64,000 bases of DNA from Bacilli bacterium. GTDB lineage: Bacteria; Bacillota_I; Bacilli_A; RFN20; CAG-826. Below are positions 1 through 8,249 of the stretch, one piece after another. Made by a program: the position numbers and the translations under genes. The notes beneath the pieces are model-generated. The model ran no database searches and was not told the DNA's origin. It saw only the letters and a program-made list of their open reading frames with translations. Positions within the stretch are counted from its first letter, which is position 1; each line of letters begins with the position of its first letter. The DNA is taken from positions 22,398 through 86,397 of the forward strand of contig JAQWCH010000002.1 of the NCBI GenBank assembly GCA_028705995.1, written 5' to 3'.

Positions 1-1
1 G

Positions 2-769
2 ATGGTAAGCATTAAACCACACAAAAAAGTTCAAAATGCACTCCTAATTGGCGCTGGCATTATTTTTCTTTTATTGATTTGGACTTTAATTGCGGCGATT
101 GTTAAAAGTCCTGTTGTTAGTTATCCGCATGAAGCCTTTATCCGTTTGTTTACGCTTTTGGGCGAATTAACCACCTATCAACATGTTTTTAATAGCCTTC
201 TGCGTTTAATAAGCGCATTATTTTTCGCTGTAATCATCGGGTTTTTGCTCGGTGCGCTTGGTGGTAGTTTTGAAAGTTTTCATACATTCTTAAAACCCGT
301 GATGATTTCAATGCGCACGTTACCAACGGCAAGTATTATTTTAATTGTTGTTTCATTAACGAAAATCAAATTTGCGCCGATTATTGTTGTCGCGTTAATC
401 GCACTCCCAATTGCTTATGAAGCAATGGTTGCGGGTTTACACAACGTTGATGATCAAATCCGCTCAGCCCTTAAAATTGAAGGTGATAAGAACTTTTATG
501 CCTTCCGTAAAGTTTTATTACCATCGACATGGCCTTACTTAGCTCTCGGTATTGTCCAAATGGTCGGCTTAGGGATGAAAGTGGAAATAATGAGCGAAGT
601 GCTTGCTGGCACAACTGGAAATTTTGGACTTGGATTTGCAATTTATCAAGCTTATGCATTTGAAGTCCAATATGTTGATATATACGCGTATTCAATTCTT
701 GCGATTAGTATCATTGCGGGTGCCGAAATACTACTAAATTATCTTAAAAAGCGTCTCCAGGTGCGTTAA
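2..769 (+). CDS. ABC transporter permease (binding-protein-dependent inner-membrane component, NitT/TauT-like); the N-terminus may continue upstream of the window
   Basis: Multi-TM protein with an EAA-loop-like segment (RSALKIEGDKNFYAFRKVLLPSTWPY); followed by a hairpin terminator. Confidence 0.65.
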   Translation: MVSIKPHKKVQNALLIGAGIIFLLLIWTLIAAIVKSPVVSYPHEAFIRLFTLLGELTTYQHVFNSLLRLISALFFAVIIGFLLGALGGSFESFHTFLKPVMISMRTLPTASIILIVVSLTKIKFAPIIVVALIALPIAYEAMVAGLHNVDDQIRSALKIEGDKNFYAFRKVLLPSTWPYLALGIVQMVGLGMKVEIMSEVLAGTTGNFGLGFAIYQAYAFEVQYVDIYAYSILAISIIAGAEILLNYLKKRLQVR

Positions 770-788
770 AGATACTTAAACGATAAAC

Positions 789-813
789 AATCGTCCCCGT
801 GACGATTTTTTTG
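789..813 (+). terminator. Rho-independent terminator after the permease gene
   Basis: aatcgtc-cccgt-gacgatt stem-loop followed by a T7 run. Confidence 0.7.
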
Positions 814-873
814 ATACTTTTTCGGCTTGTGATTACTATTTATCAAATTAGATAAAGTAAAAGGAGTCTAATT

Positions 874-1464
874 ATGTATCCACTGGAAAGCCAAAACAAG
901 TTTCGTCGTCTACGCCAAAACAGTAATGAGCACTCACACCTTGAAGATAAGAGCGAAAGCGAATTAATTGCTTATCAAAAATTAATGCAAAATCTTCATG
1001 ATCAAGTTTCATGGACAAGGCGCCAGTTAAACTATATTGCTTTTAACTTAGAATATCGTGTCGAATATGAATTGCGGCGCGGTGAAGTTTATGAGTTCGA
1101 CTGGGGGCTTAATGTTCATGCTGAGCTGAGCCAACGTCATTATGGGGTTGTATTACTAGATAGTTACGCAAATAACGATATTGTTGTCGTCGTTCCACTA
1201 AAAACTCGTCATCATGAACCAAATCCAATGAGTGATGTGAATATTGGAAAGCTCCACAATGTAACTGAGGATAAAGAAACACTTGCGGTAATTAATCAAA
1301 TCCGCGGGTTAGATAAATTGCGCATCTATCAAAAAGGGCTAATTAAAGATGGAAGTCTAAACAAAGATCGCGGACCGATTACAATTCTTAATGAAAAACA
1401 AATGGACAAAATTGTCGCTGGGATTAATCAATTGTTAATTGAAGGTCGAACTGTAATTCAATGA
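874..1464 (+). CDS. MazF/PemK-fold endoribonuclease-like protein with a ~65-aa N-terminal extension
   Basis: The core aligns to EndoA/MazF (RGEVYEFDWG..E...R..VVLLDSYAN..VVVVPLKT ... LAVINQIRGLDKLRI ... MDKIVAGINQLL); SD aaaggag 8 nt upstream; TGA stop. Confidence 0.6.
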   Translation: MYPLESQNKFRRLRQNSNEHSHLEDKSESELIAYQKLMQNLHDQVSWTRRQLNYIAFNLEYRVEYELRRGEVYEFDWGLNVHAELSQRHYGVVLLDSYANNDIVVVVPLKTRHHEPNPMSDVNIGKLHNVTEDKETLAVINQIRGLDKLRIYQKGLIKDGSLNKDRGPITILNEKQMDKIVAGINQLLIEGRTVIQ

Positions 1465-1740
1465 ATCTGCACTATACGCATAAATATAGAAGAAGCATAA
1501 AAGTAATAATATAGTAGTTTGTTAGTACTATACGTACCCTAATTATGTGGATAAATACCCAATGTGTCTGTTATCATTTTTGTATGTTCACATAATTGAT
1601 AACACAAAAAAATCTCTCTAATACTTGTTTATATAGTATTTAGTTAACATAATATACATTATCGGAAGTAAATACAAACCACCAAAAACGCTTAATTGTT
1701 GATAAAACGTCCTATCTTCTATTAATCATATAGATAAGCA

Positions 1741-1772
1741 TAAAAAAGAAAACACACCGCGGCCGATGTGTT
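1741..1772 (-). terminator. Terminator downstream of rsfS (end of the yqeG-rsfS operon)
   Basis: aacaca-ccgcggccga-tgtgtt hairpin; the A-run on the plus strand is a T-run in the minus-strand transcript. Confidence 0.65.
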
Positions 1773-1779
1773 ACTTATA

Positions 1780-2148
1780 TTAATTTAAATCATCTTCCGG
1801 TGTTGGAGTTTGATAAAGTATTTTGCTTTCTTGTAATAAATCTTCTAGTTGATATGAGTGACGCGCTTGTTCGGAAAAAATATGGACAATCACATCATAG
1901 GCATCAATGAGAATCCACTCTTCGGATTTTCCTTTACCTTCAATATGATGAATTGGAAATTTATTGACTGCACAGACTTCATCAATTTGATCAGCTAGGG
2001 CATTTAGTAATCGCGGGTTCTTTGCTGTAACAATTACATAATAATCGGCAAGTGGGGTGCGATTTTTAACATCATAGACTAAAACGTTATCCCCCTTTTT
2101 ATCTTCGAGGGCGGTGATAATTGTTTTTATTTTCTTATTCAATCGCAT
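1780..2148 (-). CDS. rsfS: Ribosomal silencing factor RsfS (Iojap)
   Basis: 122 aa; IHHIEGKGKSEEWILIDAYDVIVHIF signature; conserved position after nadD/yqeK. Confidence 0.85.
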   Translation of the reverse strand: MRLNKKIKTIITALEDKKGDNVLVYDVKNRTPLADYYVIVTAKNPRLLNALADQIDEVCAVNKFPIHHIEGKGKSEEWILIDAYDVIVHIFSEQARHSYQLEDLLQESKILYQTPTPEDDLN

Positions 2149-2150
2149 AT

Positions 2151-3239
2151 TTACTCCTTTAAATATTGTTTGAAACAGGCGTTTGTTAATGGATTATCGA
2201 ATTTTTTCTTTTTATTGATTAAAAATTGGCGGTTCGCACTTAATGTTACAAGAAAGCCATCATGGTAATCATGTAAACAGGCCTCAATTAAACTTCTTGA
2301 ATCAAATCCACGGCTTGGTTCAATCTTATCTGCCGCATAAATAATCATTTGCAGTGGCCGCATATTCGCTGCGCCTGTGTTATGAGTGCGAATTGCTTTT
2401 AAGACTTCTTCATCAACAATTTTAAAGTCCTCTTGCGCGAGAAATTCTCCGATGAATTGGTGGTAATTCACTTTGCTGAGCGAAAGATAATGTGGATAAT
2501 GCTCTTCCATAATCTTTTCTCTTAAAGGTGGTAGCACATTTTTACCAATATCATGTAATAGACCAGCTAAATAAGCTTGTGCACCATTCATTTGGTTGCT
2601 AACTGCGATTTGGTAGGCAAGTTTTGCCACTTCAAAGCTATGATTACGCCTTAACTCATCTAAATAACGCCCAAGACGATCAACATAATATAGGTAATTA
2701 TCTTGAATATAATCAAGCACGGAAAGGCTTGTATCCAGACTTTGGCATTCGCGAATCGCACTTGAACTGGCATTTGATTCCGGACCCGTAATAACGTGCA
2801 TATGATAACGACTAATTGTTGCCTGATTAATGCTGCTTTTGGGGCGCGCATAAACTAATAATTGCACTAATGAAGCGATTAATTCTGGATTTTTCCACTC
2901 ATGAAATTTTGTTACTTGATCGGCGCCGAGCAGCCAAAAAAGTTCGTCATTTGGATGAGTTTTTTTGAAATATTTAATCGTATCAATCGAATAATTTACT
3001 TCTTCATCACCATCGAGTTCATAACGCGAAACATCCGCCCAGTCATAAGCGTTTAGATAACGTTTTAACATCTGAAAACGATGTTCACCATTTAGTTTTG
3101 GGAGTTTCCAGCGTGGATTTTTGGCGGGAATAAAAATCACCTGCTTGGCCTCAATTTGTAAGCGGGCTTGGTCTGCCATTAAAAAATGGCCATGATGAAT
3201 TGGATCAAATGAGCCACCAAATAAAATTATTTTAGCCAT
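2151..3239 (-). CDS. nadD: Nicotinate-nucleotide adenylyltransferase NadD fused to a YqeK-type HD phosphohydrolase domain
   Basis: N-terminal GGSFDPIHHGH (HxGH nucleotidyltransferase motif); C-terminal half has HDIGK and an HD domain; the 362-aa length is about NadD plus YqeK. Confidence 0.8.
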   Translation of the reverse strand: MAKIILFGGSFDPIHHGHFLMADQARLQIEAKQVIFIPAKNPRWKLPKLNGEHRFQMLKRYLNAYDWADVSRYELDGDEEVNYSIDTIKYFKKTHPNDELFWLLGADQVTKFHEWKNPELIASLVQLLVYARPKSSINQATISRYHMHVITGPESNASSSAIRECQSLDTSLSVLDYIQDNYLYYVDRLGRYLDELRRNHSFEVAKLAYQIAVSNQMNGAQAYLAGLLHDIGKNVLPPLREKIMEEHYPHYLSLSKVNYHQFIGEFLAQEDFKIVDEEVLKAIRTHNTGAANMRPLQMIIYAADKIEPSRGFDSRSLIEACLHDYHDGFLVTLSANRQFLINKKKKFDNPLTNACFKQYLKE

Positions 3240-3528
3240 TCGGTAAAACGAACCTACTTCCTTTTAAGCGGGGTTTAAAAAGAATAATCACGCGGCCAAT
3301 AATATCAACAACTTCTGCTTCTAGCGAGATTGAAATTTCATATGCAAGATCTTTAAGCGGAGTTTCAACCGTCTTCAAAATATGAACTTTAATTAGTTCA
3401 CGCGCTTTTAAAGCATTTTGCAATAATTGGAGTTGATTTTCACTGATGATGTTTTTACCAATTTGATATTTAACGTCAATGGGATTACTAGCTTTTTTCA
3501 AAAAAGCACGTTTTTTTGCAGATAACAT
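3232..3528 (-). CDS. yhbY: YhbY/YqeI CRM-domain RNA-binding protein
   Basis: 98 aa; KKRAFLKKASNPIDVKYQIGKNIISENQ...LIKVHIL matches the YhbY family; synteny. Confidence 0.8.
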   Translation of the reverse strand: MLSAKKRAFLKKASNPIDVKYQIGKNIISENQLQLLQNALKARELIKVHILKTVETPLKDLAYEISISLEAEVVDIIGRVIILFKPRLKGSRFVLPNG

Positions 3529-4658
3529 TAGATTTTACTTGTATTATGATAAATACTTACACCTTTCGGAACATAAGTTCGAATTACTTGTTTCTTTCCT
3601 TTAAAAGCCACCCAACCAAGACCGGCAAAAGAAATATCACAGTAGTCATCGTAATCGACGCGAATCTCATAGACATCAAGATCAAGATGGCTAGCGATTG
3701 TTTTCGAGATTGGCCGTGCTTCTTTGCGTTTAATTAGTCGATCAAGCGTTGCATCTGCTCGTCTAGTCTCAACGCGGTGAATGCTCACATCGTTAGCGAC
3801 ATAAACGGTGAAATTAGAGCGTGGGCCAGACATATAATCGAAACGCGCAATCGCACCGATTAGCAGTGATTGCCCGGGGCGTAAAGCAAAAATTTGTGGA
3901 TGGATGGTTGAGCGGGGAACAATAGTGCGAATAACATCTTTTTCATTGGCCATTTGCCCGATTACTGAGTTAGAAATTGAAAGCCCTGGGGTATCGTAAA
4001 TCGCTGAGCGATCATCAAGTGGGATTTCAATCACTTTTATAGTGGTATTCGGATAAAACGAAGTCGTGATGTAAAAATTACTTTCGTTTTTAAAATTTTT
4101 CAAAAGTGTATTAATCAAAGACGATTTCCCACTACTCACGGAACCGATAAAGTAAACAGAATGCCCATCACGTAATTCTTCTATACTCGCCATCACTTCT
4201 TCAATGTTATAGTTTTTTGTTGAGGAAGTAAGAATAATTTTAGCCGGTTTTAGTGAAGCTTGCTCACAGCGTTTAGCAACATAATCTTGGATTTTGTCAC
4301 GCTTTATGTTAGCGGGCAGTAAATCAATTTTATTTGCGACTAAAATAATTCGACTATCACGAATTGCATCAGTAACTTCGGAAATAAAGCTTGTTTCAAA
4401 CGTAAATAAATCAACAACATACACAATTAATGCTTGGGTTGCTTTAATCTGCGCTAAAATCGTATTGAAGTCCGCATTAAAAATCGGCTCATTTAAAGCG
4501 TCATGTCCGGCGTGGTTTTTTTCAAAACAACTTTGACAGAGGACAATTTCATGCCGCGCCATTTGAAAAGCGGTAGTAAAACCCGGTGCCTGCGGATTTT
4601 CTGTTTGTAGAATTTCCCCGCAACCATAACAACGTCGAACTTTTTTAACTTCACTCAT
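3528..4658 (-). CDS. yqeH: Ribosome biogenesis GTPase YqeH
   Basis: N-terminal CxGCGxxLQ zinc-ribbon; circularly permuted GTPase motifs (NKIDLL, GSVSSGKSSLIN); synteny with yqeG. Confidence 0.85.
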   Translation of the reverse strand: MSEVKKVRRCYGCGEILQTENPQAPGFTTAFQMARHEIVLCQSCFEKNHAGHDALNEPIFNADFNTILAQIKATQALIVYVVDLFTFETSFISEVTDAIRDSRIILVANKIDLLPANIKRDKIQDYVAKRCEQASLKPAKIILTSSTKNYNIEEVMASIEELRDGHSVYFIGSVSSGKSSLINTLLKNFKNESNFYITTSFYPNTTIKVIEIPLDDRSAIYDTPGLSISNSVIGQMANEKDVIRTIVPRSTIHPQIFALRPGQSLLIGAIARFDYMSGPRSNFTVYVANDVSIHRVETRRADATLDRLIKRKEARPISKTIASHLDLDVYEIRVDYDDYCDISFAGLGWVAFKGKKQVIRTYVPKGVSIYHNTSKI

Positions 4659-5178
4659 AAAAATTCCTCCAACTAGGTAAACGGTTTTGCCGTTTCAATT
4701 TTCGCCGTAATGGACGATCAATCACGCGATTAATGCGTGTTGTCCATTGATCTTCGTCAACGAGTTTTTCCGTCAATAAGACTTTGATGTGCGCACGCTT
4801 ACTCGCGAGCACATCCGTCAGCAATTGATCACCAATCAAAATAGTTTCTACCGGAATAAAATTCTCTTTTGCCATCAACTTCTTAAACTTAAAAGCAAAT
4901 GGTTTTCGTGCACTGTGTAGATAAGCTACATCAAGTGCCTCAGCATACTTTTTTACTCGTGGCCCTTTATTATTCGAGACAATCACAATTTGATATCCTT
5001 GAGTCTTTAAACCGCTAATCAAATTCTGAACTCGTTGGTTTGGAAAACTCGCGCGGTAAGAGTCTAAGGTATTATCTAAATCGAGCAGCAAATTTTTTAG
5101 TCCATTTTTCTTATAAAAATCTAGAGGAACTTCATAGATGCTAGCCGCATAATAATGAGGGATGAGTTTTTTACACAT
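4651..5178 (-). CDS. yqeG: YqeG-family HAD-IIIA phosphatase
   Basis: 175 aa; LLLDLDNTL HAD motif I; position upstream of yqeH. Confidence 0.8.
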   Translation of the reverse strand: MCKKLIPHYYAASIYEVPLDFYKKNGLKNLLLDLDNTLDSYRASFPNQRVQNLISGLKTQGYQIVIVSNNKGPRVKKYAEALDVAYLHSARKPFAFKFKKLMAKENFIPVETILIGDQLLTDVLASKRAHIKVLLTEKLVDEDQWTTRINRVIDRPLRRKLKRQNRLPSWRNFYE

Positions 5179-5267
5179 AAATTACCTATTTATACTATAA
5201 GAGAAAAAGCCGATTTAATAAAGTATTTTGATTATTTTTTGCGACTTTTGTGCTTATAATAAGATAT

Positions 5268-5603
5268 ATGAACGAAACAAATAAAATAGTGATAAATAAA
5301 CCTCCATATAAAGAAGATTTACGCCTTAAGTTTTATTTAAATCTCGGCGCGCTACTCGCCGCAATTGGGAGCTTTATCGGCATTATGGGAATTGCGTTTG
5401 TAATTTATGCTTTTGCAAAGTATTATCAGGATTTTCAACTAGTTCCCCACACAATTAATGCTGATGATGAAAATATGCCAGCCTATCAAGCAAGGAAAAA
5501 AGCTTATATTTATGCTTTGGTTGTTACAATCTTAATTAGTATTTACTATATCTTATTGATTCTTGTCACAATGAAAGAAACGCTCGGTGCGGCCATAAAC
5601 TAA
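5268..5603 (+). CDS. Small 2-TM membrane protein (hypothetical); start taken at the internal ATG
   Basis: Hydrophobic ORF. A TGcTtATAAT-like -10 element lies only ~7 nt before the ATG, so the transcript may be leaderless. Followed by a bidirectional terminator. Confidence 0.35.
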   Translation: MNETNKIVINKPPYKEDLRLKFYLNLGALLAAIGSFIGIMGIAFVIYAFAKYYQDFQLVPHTINADDENMPAYQARKKAYIYALVVTILISIYYILLILVTMKETLGAAIN

Positions 5604-5631
5604 AAGTGTTATCGTCAAGATAACACTTTTT
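5603..5631. terminator. Bidirectional hairpin terminator between the small membrane-protein gene and parC
   Basis: agtgttatc-gtcaa-gataacact 9-bp stem flanked by an A-run and a T-run. Confidence 0.7.
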
Positions 5632-5632
5632 A

Positions 5633-8248
5633 TTAATCTCCCATCACATCAAAGATGGAAATTTGTTCGAATTCTGGCGAATTATCTTCGTCAACTGGTT
5701 GATCGACAACTTTTGTTTCATCGGTAACAACTGGTGGTTCATAACTCTTCAGCGTTTCATCAACAGTGAGGAGTTTTTCATAGTAGACGCCGGCAATCGT
5801 TTCATCTTCAGTTAGTTGTTCAATGTTGCGTTTGGCATATTTTTCTACTGGGGTCACACGTAAATCGTCAATCATAACTGGGAGAATATTGCTGCTATTG
5901 AGCAAGAGATTCAGCCGAACTTCGCTTGCACGATGAACGATTTTATCGAGAAAAACAATCTTTTGTGGGTCACTCTTAAACGATTTATACACTAATTGGA
6001 CGCGGCCCATACGCTCCGTTAATTGTAAGTAATTGATATCGATAATGCGCGCATGACCTTCAATCGTCACTAAAACTAATTTACCTTTTTCTTCGGGGTG
6101 ATAGGCAAGTACTTCAACGAGTTTGTTTTTCTTGACGTTTTTCATCGCAAGCACGCCACCGGCTTTTAAGGAAATTGGTGATAAATCATTTTCATTAAAG
6201 TAACTAGCGCGACCATCTTCAGCGACAACAAGAATGTTGCTATTACCAGTCGTCAATGTGACATCGACTACTTGATCACCCTTTGCAAGTCGCATGCAAT
6301 TAATTGGGCGGTTAAAACGCGATACATTAAATTCATTTAACGAAGTGCGTTTAATCTTGCCATCAGCGGTTAAAAACACAATATAGAGATCTTCACGGAA
6401 TGTCGAAATATCAAGCGCGCGGATGACTTTTTCTTCACCACGTAATGGAATTAAGTAGTTGATATGTTTGCCTTCATCCTTCCACTTACCATCGACAATT
6501 TCAAACACCGGGATATAGAGATAATTACCCATATTTGTGAAAGCTAGGATATAGTCAGTTGTTTGTGCTTCACCGGTCGCGACGAGCAAATCGCCTTGTT
6601 TCACGCCTGGTAAAGCATTATCGCCACTGGATTTATATGATTTCAAAGAGGAACGCTTAATATATCCATCGCGAGTAATCGCGACCATCACTGTTTCTTT
6701 AGCAACTAAATCGCGTTTATCAATTTGTACAACTTCAAGATTATCTTCAATTTTTGTTCTACGCGCATCGCCATATTTCGCGGCTAAATCACGCAAGTCT
6801 TTAATGATCACGCGGTTGAGTTTATCTTCATTCGCTAAAATTGCTTCAAGCTCAAGAATATCTTTTTCCAAGCGACTCTTTTCGTTCTCGAGTGTTGTGA
6901 TATCGGTATTTGTTAACTTATAAAGTTGGAGCATAACAATTGCTTCGGCCTGTTCAGGTGTGAAGGCAAATTGTTTTTGTAAATTATTTTTCGCATCATT
7001 TTTGTCGACACTTGCACGAATTGTTTTAACGACGGCGTCAACCTGCGAAATTGCAGCGATGAGCCCATCGACAATATGGAGTCGCGCGCGATTCTTTTTT
7101 AAGTCATATTGCGAACGCCGGGTAATAATTTCTTTTTGATGGACAATATAGGCATCGGCAAATGCAAGTAAATTCAGGGTCCGTGGACGTCCATCAACAA
7201 TGGCGACCATATTAGCGGAATAGCCAGTCCGTAACTGCGTTTTATTAAATAAGTATTCGAGTAAAATATTTTCATCAGCATCGGCTTTAAGATCAACAAC
7301 AATGCGCAAACCCTCACGGTCTGATTCATCGCGAACCTCTAATAGACCATCAATCCGTTTATTGCGGCAGAGTGAATCAATATCACGGATAATCTGCGTT
7401 TTATTTACGCCATATGGAATTTCATGAACAATAATCTGTTTTTCATCTTTGGTTACAACAAACGACGTTTTTGCCGCAACATCGACGCGCCCACGGCCAA
7501 GCAAATAGATGTCATCGAGGCCTTGAGAACGATAAATAGTCCCGCCGGTTGGGAAATCTGGTCCCAGTACAAATTGGCGAAGTTCTTCGACTGTCGCCCG
7601 TTTATGACCAATGCGGTAAATAATTGCTTCTGCTACTTCTAAAAAATTATGGGGCGGAATTTCCGTTGCCACACCGACAGCAATGCCGGATGCGCCATTG
7701 AGCAATAGATTGGGGAAGCGGCTAGGTAAAACAGTTGGTTCAAAGGAAGTGTCATCGAACGTTAACTGCATATCCACCGTCTCTTTATCAATATCGCGGA
7801 CTAATTCGGCAGAAAGTTCTGCTAAGCGTGATTCTGTATAACGGTATGCTGCTGGACTATCGCCATCGATTGAGCCATTGTTACCTTGAAAATCAATTAA
7901 AGGATAACGCATCACCCAAGTTTGAGACATCCGGGCGAGCGCTTCATAAATCGATGAATCCCCATGTGGATGATATTTTCCCATGACTGATCCAACAGTA
8001 TGCGCACATTTTTTTGTTGGCTTATTGAAAGTATTTCCTTCATCTGCCATGGCAAAAATAATTCTTCGTTGCACGGGTTTTAAACCATCACGGACATCGG
8101 GAATCGCCCGATTTTGAATTACTTCTTTCGCATAAATTGCATAGCGATCACCCATGATGTCATCCATGGCCGCCGGTAAAATTTTCTGTTCAATTACTGG
8201 TTGTTCTTTGATTTTGGTGATTTTTTTTGTTTTTTTTACTTTTGCCAT
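5633..8248 (-). CDS. parC: DNA topoisomerase IV subunit A (ParC), with an acidic C-terminal tail
   Basis: LPDVRDGLKPVQRRIIFAM and the active-site region; sits downstream of parE, with plsY adjacent as in the Bacillus/Streptococcus plsY-parE-parC arrangement. Confidence 0.85.
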   Translation of the reverse strand: MAKVKKTKKITKIKEQPVIEQKILPAAMDDIMGDRYAIYAKEVIQNRAIPDVRDGLKPVQRRIIFAMADEGNTFNKPTKKCAHTVGSVMGKYHPHGDSSIYEALARMSQTWVMRYPLIDFQGNNGSIDGDSPAAYRYTESRLAELSAELVRDIDKETVDMQLTFDDTSFEPTVLPSRFPNLLLNGASGIAVGVATEIPPHNFLEVAEAIIYRIGHKRATVEELRQFVLGPDFPTGGTIYRSQGLDDIYLLGRGRVDVAAKTSFVVTKDEKQIIVHEIPYGVNKTQIIRDIDSLCRNKRIDGLLEVRDESDREGLRIVVDLKADADENILLEYLFNKTQLRTGYSANMVAIVDGRPRTLNLLAFADAYIVHQKEIITRRSQYDLKKNRARLHIVDGLIAAISQVDAVVKTIRASVDKNDAKNNLQKQFAFTPEQAEAIVMLQLYKLTNTDITTLENEKSRLEKDILELEAILANEDKLNRVIIKDLRDLAAKYGDARRTKIEDNLEVVQIDKRDLVAKETVMVAITRDGYIKRSSLKSYKSSGDNALPGVKQGDLLVATGEAQTTDYILAFTNMGNYLYIPVFEIVDGKWKDEGKHINYLIPLRGEEKVIRALDISTFREDLYIVFLTADGKIKRTSLNEFNVSRFNRPINCMRLAKGDQVVDVTLTTGNSNILVVAEDGRASYFNENDLSPISLKAGGVLAMKNVKKNKLVEVLAYHPEEKGKLVLVTIEGHARIIDINYLQLTERMGRVQLVYKSFKSDPQKIVFLDKIVHRASEVRLNLLLNSSNILPVMIDDLRVTPVEKYAKRNIEQLTEDETIAGVYYEKLLTVDETLKSYEPPVVTDETKVVDQPVDEDNSPEFEQISIFDVMGD

Positions 8249-8249
8249 C

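Noticed and set aside
770-1779. Type III ToxIN-like system (ToxN has a MazF-like fold and is preceded by tandem RNA repeats)
   Set aside because: No tandem ~36-nt repeats are visible upstream or downstream of the 874-1464 gene. The protein aligns better with MazF/EndoA than with ToxN.
7424-7986. Plus-strand ORFs of 72-83 aa inside parC
   Set aside because: They are antisense to a high-confidence conserved gene and lack an SD. Treated as spurious, as are the other short antisense ORFs in the track (for example 9227-9688, 13048-13796, 17971-18345, 21406-22435, 30215-30493, 35129-35608, 59760-60049).
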